In this document: positions 52,190 through 62,077 of the stretch, piece by piece
How positions within the stretch are numbered: position 1 is the first letter of the stretch
How the letters are laid out: the number at the start of each line of letters is the position of its first letter
Assembly: GCA_965113315.1 (NCBI GenBank)
Contig: OZ220372.1
Origin: Podarcis vaucheri
Taxonomy: Eukaryota
Direction: 5' to 3' (one strand)
DNA: 64,000 nt
Translations under genes and position numbers: made by a program
The notes under the pieces: model-generated
What the model was told of the DNA's origin: nothing
The model's input: only the letters and a program-made list of their open reading frames with translations
Database searches by the model: none

Positions 52190-53460
52190 GCTTCATGTGA
52201 GACCACTCCAGTGGTTCCTTCCACAGCAAGCACCTCTGCATTTCAATTCGTCCATGCCTATGGGAGACCATCCACTGGTGGAAAAGGGGTGTTACCCTCC
52301 GAAAAGGAATCTGCTTCAGAAATCCCCTAAATGCAACCATTACATTGGATGCCAGCCTGCATTGCGAAGGGCAACTGGTCCACATATGGAGAACCAGTGT
52401 CTCTCACCAGCATTCATCTCCACAGTTCTGCACTCCAGACACCCGTCTACAATCCACATCTACCAGGCGACATGGAGGGCCTTTCTTAAATGGACCAGGT
52501 GCAAACAAGTTCCAGCAGAAGCCACCTCCAATCCCTGACTTATTAGCGTTCCTACAGGAAGGCCTTCAACAAGGGCTCAAACCTAATACGCTTAAATGAC
52601 AAGTAGCAACCATTTCTTCTATTCTGACATGTCTAGATAGGCTCACTCTGGCCACTTACCCACTGGTAAAACACTTCCTTTGTGGAGTACTTCTCCAGTG
52701 TCCTCCAGTTGTTTATCGCTTTCCTTCCTATAATCTTCATAAGGCACTCTCGGCTCTCCATCACTGTGTCATTCCATCTGAAGTGATCCAACTTTTTTAC
52801 CTCATGCCACCCAATTTTCTTAATATTTTGCACACTTGTTGAATGATCAAAACTAAGTTTAACTCTAATTTTTAATTATTTATCTATGAAGGTTTGAAAT
52901 TTCAAAAATTAGAGCTACCTGCAAAATTTCATATTGGGATCTCAATGCGATCACATGAAAAAAATTGTACATGCATGTCTGCTCTGCCTTATTGGGTTTT
53001 ATTTAGTATAAATGGGTCTTCTTGGAGTAAAATATGACAGAATAAAAAAGATTCCTACTATAATATCAGTTGCTTCAGGCATTTCTTTAGAAAGTTATTC
53101 AATTAAAAGGTGTCTGTAAAGCTAGCCAGGCTTTTCTCTTAACAGTGTGATCCAAAACCAAGTGATAGAATTAATGCTTTGAAAGAATTCTTGTTTGTAC
53201 ATTTCATTTCACGAAGTACAACAAAATACATGTTTAAACTTAGTTCTGATCATTCAACAATTGTACAAAATATTAAGAAGATTGGATGACATGAGCTAAA
53301 AAAGTTGGATCACTTGGTATGGAATGACCTCACCCACCTTTGAGCCACTGAAACAAGTCCACTAGAGGCACAGGTAAGCCCAGCCCAGTGATGCTACGCT
53401 GGGAAAGCAAATCTACCCTTCAGGTAGGTACAATGGTACTTCTTTTTGGTAGAGGAGCTC
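52190..53460 (+). mobile_element. DIRS-type retrotransposon relic (tyrosine recombinase N-terminal region), split by an insertion
   Basis: Translation ISTVLHSRHPSTIHIYQATWRAFLKW...LLAFLQEGLQQGLKPNTLK*QVATISS...PLVKHFL..PPVVYRFPSYNLHKALSAL // HPP(F)EPL resembles the vertebrate DIRS YR ORF; stops and frameshifts present. Confidence 0.75.
52766..53330. mobile_element. Non-autonomous TIR DNA transposon inserted in the DIRS relic
   Basis: About 95-bp TIRs (gtcattccat...aagtgatccaactttt...actaagttta / reverse complement at 53232-53330) and a 4-bp near-TSD CACT/CACC; the DIRS reading frame resumes across it. Confidence 0.85.
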
Positions 53461-54137
53461 TGAGGCAATAGGGTCTCTAGTTTAGCACAAGGAATTATAG
53501 TGCAGAAGTTCAGAAACGTGTATGATTCTAACCAACACTTGCTGCATGGCAGCAGCAATCATAAACTGACACCCCCTTAGTTTATATGCCTAGTTTTGGA
53601 GGTGGCCCTTTCCAGTTAAGTCAATGTGTGGTGCGTCTGCACCAAATGCTTGCTCTCACAACTGCATTGTGAGCCAGATCTATTAGGAGAGGCATGTCTC
53701 TTGTTCTTTCAAATGTTCATCATCACACTTAACACTGGGAGTTCACCACCAGGTGTTCAAAGATCTCAGGCCTCAATTTCACAAATCGTTTGTTTTGTTC
53801 TTATTGTAAAACAGCTTGTAGTAGTCGCTTTAGACTTCATCTTTTACATTTGCTCCCTTACTCCAACCATTACCTTAAAAAGAATAAAGACTCATACTTG
53901 AACTGCAGGACGTATTTGCACATAATTTTTACCAGAAGGAATCAGTTGATTTTCTGCTTCTTCCATCTATGTCCAGAACGTGAGAATTTGGGAAAACCTA
54001 GCCTGCCTTTAATACACAGCAGCAATCTGCATGGAAACAAGAGGGGGATATGCACCAGAAACTACACTGCATCTATCGAGCTGTTTGCTCTTCCCCTGGG
54101 GTAGATCTTGATGCTCCCTCTGTCTTTATTCTTTCAG

Positions 54138-54191
54138 GTTGGAAGCTGAGCCCTGTGGTTGGAGCAGTGTATGGCCCTGAATTATATGCAG
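54138..54191 (+). CDS. RBFOX2: RBFOX2 coding exon (54 nt, phase 1-1)
   Basis: ttattctttcag|GTTGGAAG...TATGCAG|gtagaa. Translates (G)WKLSPVVGAVYGPELYA. Confidence 0.96.
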
Positions 54192-54311
54192 GTAGAAAAC
54201 GTTGATGCGTCTCTTTCTGCTATTTAACTGCAGTGGTGTTTGTTTGTGTTCTCAAACTGCTGTTTCTTTATAACCTTTTTACATTTTTTATTCTTTTTAA
54301 AACTAAATTAG

Positions 54312-54404
54312 CATCCAGTTTTCAAGCAGATGTCTCGCTGGGCAATGACGCTGCAGTGCCCCTGTCAGGAAGGGGGGGTATTAACACTTACATTCCTTTA
54401 ATCA
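54312..54404 (+). CDS. RBFOX2: RBFOX2 coding exon (93 nt, phase 1-1)
   Basis: aattag|CATCCAGT...TTAATCA|gtaagt. Translates (A)SSFQADVSLGNDAAVPLSGRGGINTYIPLI, diagnostic of RBFOX2 rather than RBFOX1/3. Confidence 0.96.
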
Positions 54405-55530
54405 GTAAGTAGCCCCTATTGGCCCCTGTATTGTTACTGTGCTTGAGTAAACAGTGATCTGTTAGCCCTCTTATTTTCAGTCTGTATAATATGTACTTGA
54501 AAGGATGGGCTTTGTTAGAAAGTGACAGCACTTCTCTGGGCAGTGGCTGTGACCCTTTCCATCTTGCAGCACACCTGCAAGCCTGCTTGTGGCTGGGCTT
54601 GCCCCAAGTTACAAGAGTGCTGTAAATCATAAGGGAGGAAATGTGCATGAAGGAACCAATTGCTTTAGAACGGAAGAAGTGAAACAGGCTGCACTCCAAA
54701 GTACATATTATTCAAGCTACTAAACTGCGAGTCCATCGCAGGCCCCCTTGTGGCATGCGCCTGGAAGCACCTTGGGTTGGATTTGTGCCTTGTGACTGAC
54801 TGGCGCCTTCTGGGTATCATCTGTCATCGCCTTGTGTTCCCAGCTGCCTTCTGAGGTTTAGACATGTTTTGCCCTGAGCCAGTTTACTCCAGCATGAAGT
54901 GTAATAAAACAGGGCCCAATATATACGAAACCACTTAATGGTCACCTATGCCGGAAGGTGGGCTCTTGGTAAACTGGCACATCGCTATCAATTTGGCTGC
55001 ATTACAGGAGATTCTTAGGTCCTCTCTGTACTTAAATTGAGTGTGGGAAGAATACACACACACATGCGCGCACACACACACAAAATCTCGTTGTCAGTCC
55101 ACCAGTTTAAGAGGCTCATAATAACAGACTTTTAAAGCCCGCCTGCCCCCAGTATGTGGAAGAGTCACCTGCCTGTATAAGTGGCAACTCTCTGTGCTTC
55201 TCGGACTGTTTCTAACCAGACTGCATGGCATTCTTAAAATGGGGTGGAGGAGGAGGAAAACAGTTTGCAGTTTGTGATGAATGAGGCATGACACAGCATT
55301 AATCCCTTGCATGCCAGGCCTCTCTGCAACCCTGGCTCCCCTTCAAGGCCATGATGTAGCGAGAGGTGTGCAATGTCATTGGGGCTCAAAAGCATGCTCC
55401 TTTGCAGGACAGGTGCGAAACATTTCTCCAGCTCTGGAGTTGCGTATCGTTCTAGTCAAAGATGGCTGTGGTTAACTGGGCGGACGTAGTGATCCTTCTC
55501 ATATCTTTCCTTGTCTGTCTGTCTTCACAG

Positions 55531-55663
55531 TTCCCGGCTTCCCTTACCCAACTGCAGCCACCACAGCAGCCGCATTCAGGGGAGCTCATCTGAGGGGCCG
55601 AGGGCGGACAGTGTATGGCGCAGTGAGAGCAGTACCTCCAACAGCCATCCCAGCTTACCCAGG
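55531..55663 (+). CDS. RBFOX2: RBFOX2 coding exon (133 nt, Ala/Gly/Tyr-rich C-terminal region)
   Basis: ctgtcttcacag|TTCCCGGC...CCAGG|gtaagg. Translates (I)[43 protein letters not shown](G). Confidence 0.96.
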
Positions 55664-58600
55664 GTAAGGGTTGGAAATCAACACGCAGTTCTCCGCAGAA
55701 CCTGGGAGTTCTGCTGAACCCCTAAAGAGGGGGGGAAATGAGACATGATGGATGGTGAGAGTCAGGATATGCCAACACCAGAGCACTCTGCACCCAATTG
55801 CCTCTGGAAAGGGAAGTCCAAAATCGTAACATTTGTGACTGGGGAAAACTTTAGCCGTCTTTTGGGGGTGCATCAGTGAAGGGCAGCTGTTTATCTTAAC
55901 GTGCCAATTCCGCTATCATGTGGTAGCAGTTCGGCTGCATTGGTAAAGTAATATGCCTATAAGAGTTAAGGAAAGGGTGTAGAGTCTGGAGTGAGGCAGC
56001 TTCTGCACTCTAAAAGTCCAGTATCGTCGTTATCCAGGAGTGGCAAGCATTGATTCTCAGTTTCATGGTATTCTTCCTGGAAACGGGACACAGAAGAGAC
56101 ATTCAGCTACCCACAATGGATTTGCTTTCTTGGTTGGAGACATTTTGAGAAGAGTTAAAATAGAGATCTATCAAATCTTATTTTTAAGATAGGATAAAGG
56201 AAGGGCTGAAAAGTGTATAAAGTCCAGTTTTTAAAAAGCAAAACGAAAAGCATTGATACAAAGTGTGTCTTAATGTGTGGCCTTGCTTCCTTGGCCTTTG
56301 GTTATTTCCCATAGTGTGATAATGAATCTGTAGCAACCAGCGGCTCTATTGTTATTTAAAAAGTAAAGCAGCCCACACCTTTGAAATAAAGTTGTTGGGG
56401 TTTTTTCAGCCTTGACAGGATGCCAGAAGCTCAGACATTTTTGTTGTAAGATTTCACTTTGCACCCTGAGGAGGCTGCTTTGTCTGTAATGCTGTTCTCC
56501 AAGCATCTTTCACAGATTAAAATCCTTCTCAGAGGAAACCTGAGCAGGAGAGAAACCACCTAGACAGGGCAAGTTAGAGCCTGTCCCTCTCTTCCTCTGA
56601 CTGGGAGCAGTTAGATACCAAATAGCCTGCTGCAGAGGTGGGCAATTGCAGCTGAATAAAATGCATGTAACTTGGCCAATGGCACGGAAAGGGAAACACT
56701 GGGAATGGAAGTAGGAAAAATGGGGAGTCTGCCTTCTTTTGACCTTGGCTCTGGCACTGCCTACTACTAGCATAGATTATAACTGAGGAAACATGGACCT
56801 CAGCAGAAAAAAAGTTCTCCATTCCTGGTCTGCTGTCATAGTGATATATAGGAATGCTCTGGGTCATGGTAGTTCAGTTGGAACATCTTAATAACTAACA
56901 AGATTGGATTGCTGTGCCCAGAATTTAAAATGAGTTAAGGGAAGCAATATGCAGTTGCCAGATTTTCATTTCTTTTACAATAGGAGATGGTATAATTATA
57001 ACTTGCTTACTGTACCACTCTCATTAGTAGCAAATACCTGTGTGGAGCATCCTTCTTGATCTGTACAGGAAGAATTTCTAGAGCAGTCCTTTGATATTTC
57101 CCCCATGAATTAATCCTGTAGTATCCCTCTTGCACTGATTCATGTGTAGGTCGTTTGCTGTGCTTGTTGTTATCCCTGATAGTAACGGCTGGAATGTTCC
57201 TAGAAAAGATGCTGTCCCTGATAATACATGGGAGAACATATTCAAGATCTCAATAAGATTTAAATTGAACATTTAAATCCAGCGTAGTGTCAGAGTTCTG
57301 ATCCAAAATGGGTCTCAGAATATAGATAGAACTGTATCTATTCAAGTGATGTTAAATTATACACTAGTTGGGGAAAGACAATAGTAAGCAAGCTGCTCCC
57401 TCAAACTGCCCATAACTGTACTAGTTAATTTTGTAAAATTGACCAATAACTCGCCTATTGTCGTGGTTGTCATCAGGAAACTCCTGTACAGCAGATGACA
57501 AAGAAAGAGTTTTGGTTCCTTCTAGTAGAGAAAAGAGAATTTTTGATAGTACAATTTGTCTCAGTATACTAGGCCAGAGAGGGAGAGACAGCTTTGCTAG
57601 TGAAGCAAATAAGTTTCTTTTTCTGAGGGCATAATCACTTGCTGCTAGGTAGTACATAACTTTTATTCCCTCCCCCCAAGTGTTTTAAAATGAACCTTTA
57701 TAAGAGCTGAGTGTTTTTATCCATCTGGTAAACTGTTGAAATTTAGCAAACCGCTAGATTCTCTGCAACTCATTCTTATACAAGGTGTCGTTGAAATAAT
57801 CGTAAGCATACTTTGTTAACAAGATGGATCTGATAAACTCAACCCAGCAATGAAAGGCCCCCTGATTTTCTTCCTTGTAGTGGCCTTCTCCTCGCTGCCG
57901 AATCAGTGTTACTTTCTTTGTTAAGTTAGCGTCATCAAGCCTGTTTGTCCACATCAGCTCTGTTTTTGTAGATCAAAGTGCCACTTTGTCCGTAGGGAAT
58001 GGATTATGACCATAATGAGACTGGATACCACCTGATCACTTAAACTTTCATCACTGTAGAAGCCTGATGATCATAAGGCAGACTTACAGTCAAGCTATAC
58101 TGGCCTTGTTGTTTGTAACTTCCTGTAGGTGGGTATGTTGTGATCAGAGTGGGAGAATCTTGGCATCATTTTGTACTCCAGTCGGCATATGGAAAAAATT
58201 ACAAGTAACACTGCCTCCTTCCTCCTAGCCTGTGATAACATTAACTGGTAAGCCGGAGACATGCACCCAAGGATCTCATATATGGAGAACTAATGCTTTT
58301 TAATATGAGTGATTTAGCATACAGCTTATCCAAAGGAACAAAGCAGGAGAAAGCTGTGCAATGCTAAAGCATGCATTCATAACCAGGGCTGTGGCAAACC
58401 CTCTTTTCCTTCCTTGTCCTCCCCTGGTCCCCTGCCCTACCAAAGCAAAGTGCTTTATACTATGAAATATTGCAGTAGGTGTTGGGGCTTTCACGTCTCC
58501 AGTTTTTCGCTTCTGGAGGTGCTGGGAGAAACTAATTAGTGGCTGTTAGATGAGAACTTCTGTTTACCTAAACTCTCCAGGTGCTGCTCTCTGCTCTGGA

Positions 58601-59356
58601 ATGTGTCGTTACTATCAGGGATTCCCCTTATTTTTCAATTTTTGGACCTTAGATCAGCCACCTAATTATCTCCGCTTTTGAAAGCAATGCATTGTGGGTA
58701 TTTCTTTCTTGGTTACATGTAGCTGTGCCTGCCTGGATCAAGAGTTTATTTATTTGGATTTTTTCCCCTGCCCTGAGGTGTTAAATCAGTACTTTTAAAG
58801 TACTTTGCATGCTTGTGTGATCAGCCAAATCTTTTCGCATGTCTAATGTACAGGGTATATAACAGGTGATGTATGGATATCAGAAAGTGATCGCACAAGG
58901 GTGCAAGATGCATAATTATACGCAACTTTTGGTGTGCTTCTGACCTAGGTGGACTCCAGCCCTTGATGAACTCCTCCTAAAGAACTTGTTGGTACTATCT
59001 GAAGCCCATTACATGAAGCCAGTTATGAAGCCAGTTTGTCCATGTGTTTTAGAGGGTTAACTAAAACCCTGGTCCAGGTTACCAGCTAGAAGCAAGGTTT
59101 CTCAAGTCGTGTTTCTCATCTTCAGGGCACTGAGTCCTTTAAAAAGAAAAGCAAGACAACACACTATTTTGTATGACGATACAAGGATTGTTCTTTCCCC
59201 ATCCCCCCTTTGCATACTGTCTCCCCTTCTGCCCTGCCCGCCTGCATGCTGTGGAGGATGACATGGAGCTGTCTAGCGTGCGTGCGCACACACAATCTCT
59301 TGCTGATTTGCTCCTGCCCGAAAGCCCAGGTTATGGTTTCATACATCACCTGCCTG

Positions 59357-59531
59357 NNNNNNNNNNNNNNNNNNNNNNNNNNNNNNNNNNNNNNNNNNNN
59401 NNNNNNNNNNNNNNNNNNNNNNNNNNNNNNNNNNNNNNNNNNNNNNNNNNNNNNNNNNNNNNNNNNNNNNNNNNNNNNNNNNNNNNNNNNNNNNNNNNNN
59501 NNNNNNNNNNNNNNNNNNNNNNNNNNNNNNN
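59357..59531. other. N-run (175 nt), probable location of the missing 40-nt B40 exon (VVYQDGFYGADLY)
   Basis: B40 normally lies between the 133-nt exon and M43 but is not found in the visible sequence. The gap is preceded by TGCATG at 59243 and a non-repetitive pyrimidine-rich flank. Content is inferred. Confidence 0.65.
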
Positions 59532-61954
59532 CCCCAACCCCCCTGATAAGCCAGCCTTTTTTTTGTTATTGTTGTTGTTGTTGATGTTTTTAGTTTGTTT
59601 TTCAAATATAATTTACTTTGATTTTCTTCTTCCTTGTGGATATATACATTTATATATTTAAGAATGCAAGCATGTTTCTCTGTCACTGCACTTGCCCCTG
59701 GGTGCAAGACCTGCTGTGCCTCTAGGTTTTCTAACCGTTGCCAGGGTCAATTTACAAGGTTGAGTGTCCTCTTCACACAGGTACGGTATATGCTGCTAAT
59801 CAACCTGAGAGATGATTACCAAATTAAAACTTCTTGTCTGTGCATTTCCGATTGGCATAATTTCAACCCTAAAATAAAAAATGAATAGATAACAGGATTG
59901 ATTTGGCCTCAGATCTTTCCTTTCCATCACTTCTTTTACATTCCCCTCTTGGGACCTTTCGAAGGTTTTATTGATGTAGGGGGCCTAGAGAACTCAAGGT
60001 TTACAAAGCCTACACAGTGTAGAAATGTGAATGTTAAGCCTTCTTAGAAAATGTTTGCCCTTGACCAGTATCAGGGCAACTTAAAGGTAGCACATTGCTC
60101 CTTCGTTCCCTGAATATAATGGTACCTTCTGGCCCATAGTTTGTTCTCTGTAGTTCCCCTGAGCAAAAGTGCTAGGTAAAAGTTTATCATCCTACTGTAC
60201 CTCTTGAAACTTTTCACTACCTATGTGATGTCTTGCATTCCCATGTGATTCAAGAAGCCAGCCTGATCCACAGAATTTCTTGGACTCTGATTTACATGTC
60301 CATCTCAGGCAAAGCTCAAAGATAACTTGGCTCATAAACAGAATAACTAGGGGCGTACTTCCTTTCTCTCTCACTCACTTTATAAGAGAGGTTAAAATAA
60401 TCTCCCCATATGCATCTGCTGACAATAAAACTTAGCCCAGTATCACCCACTTTGTATTAATTTGAATAGTGGCAACAGATGTACAGCTTTGATGTCACGG
60501 AGACCTTGTATTTAGGACAGGAGAATGTCATATTTTTCCTACTAAAGAAAATAGCCTCATTTTTAAAATCATGTCATTGTTTAAATGTATCCCTTGGTGA
60601 TGGATGGGGCAGCCTTCAGTTGCTTCTGGTCAACTTCCTAAGGAGACATTTGTCCTGCGTAGGCTAGCTACAGCAAGTACACTCTGGCTAAACATAGAAA
60701 ATCCTATTTTGATGGTGATTTTTCAACATCACTTACTTGTGGATCTTATGTACGCATTGCTTCCTACCTTGGCCAGATTCTGTTATATGTAATTTGTGTA
60801 GAAATTCAAAAGGATGACCCTGGGTTTCCACTAGCACTCCTAAATTGCTGTCACATACAGAGGAGACAGCTGGATACTAGTCATTCAGTGAGGAGACAAG
60901 CAAATGAATAGCATCTTTTGCTTAGCATCATCCCTTGCACAGCCAGAGATGCGAATGACAAGAAAGGTGTCAGGTGTGGTAATTTCCCCACTCTTGTTGA
61001 AAGGTTCCCCCCCCCCAGCCTGACTTGTTTTTGGCAGGCAGCTATTTTAGCAGTATATAGAATCTGCACGCCTCTTTTTATTGCATAGTACCCTTGGCAC
61101 TGAAATATCCCTGAGGCCTAAAATGGCATTGATGGGTCATTTAGCTATAGACAATGTAGATTCCATACTTTTGTGGGGTTGAGGAAGAGAACAGAAGTAG
61201 AGTAAATGAAGTCTCTCAAGGTAGATTAACCAAGCTTTTCCCATTGCTTTTCATTGCCAGCTGAACTGAAATGTATGGCTACATCTCAGTCATATCTTCT
61301 GAGCAATCTGCTTTCTGCTGTCTTAATTGGCATGAATCAAAACGAGTGCTGTTTACTTTTAACAACTTGCTAGCTATTCATTTTCCTGCCTCTGGGAAAA
61401 TAGCTATTGTAAGGGGAATGGCGAGGGTATCAGTGTTGCGTGGCTGTTCTAGGAAGGTAGTGAAGGAAACCTTTTTGGACACTGGACTGCAAAGTCACCT
61501 CCGTGAAGTTTAGATGGTGGCAACAAACTGAAGAAGGAAGAGAGGGGATAACAAAGGCAGAGAAGAGCAAATAGAGAAAACTGGCTTCTCATTCTGATCC
61601 CAAATTTTACTGTCCTTTTTCTGTTCTCCTCTCCCTTTTTTCCCTCTGAGGCAATCATCCTGCTTAGCTACTTTGTTTTCATGATAAAGGCTATGCCACA
61701 AGGTTTATTGCTTTCTGGCATTAAAAATGCAGGTAACTAGCCCCAGGGTGCAGAGGATAGGTATAAGAAGTAACAGCTTCCATTAGCATTGGTTTACTTT
61801 GCAAGAGCAGCTGACTTAAAAGGCCAACCGTATATATGAAAAGCGTGCTTGCATCCTCTGGAAAGAAAAGGCTGGTAAGCCCTTTGGGCTTTTTGTGTGA
61901 TTGTTTCCTTCCACAGCTGTGTTTTTGAACTGCTCTTCCTGTGTTCTGTTATAG

Positions 61955-61997
61955 AATAGTCTTACAGGAACCAATCATTAGCGCTAAAATACCTCAG
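61955..61997 (+). CDS. RBFOX2: RBFOX2 muscle-type mutually exclusive exon M43 (43 nt)
   Basis: ttcctgtgttctgttatag|AATAGTCTTACAGGAACCAATCATTAGCGCTAAAATACCTCAG|gtagga. Exactly 43 nt; in frame after GG it reads (G)IVLQEPIISAKIPQ, matching the known RBFOX2 M43 exon. Confidence 0.93.
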
Positions 61998-62070
61998 GTA
62001 GGAGTGCCAGTGTGACCTGCCAACCAATCAGATTGTGGATTGCAGTGAAAAAACAACAACCTTGAATTAA

Positions 62071-62077
62071 TACTAAC
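62071..62077 (+). promoter_or_regulatory. QKI/STAR-type element TACTAAC downstream of M43
   Basis: Exact TACTAAC about 74 nt after the M43 donor, with an adjacent TAAT half-site. Confidence 0.5.

Noticed and set aside
61057-61095. ATAGAATCTGCA resembling the start of the mammalian 32-nt RBFOX2 exon (IESAN...); a weaker ATCTGCAAA near 63147
   Set aside because: No AG immediately before the match, similarity ends after ~12 nt, and there is no donor at the right distance.
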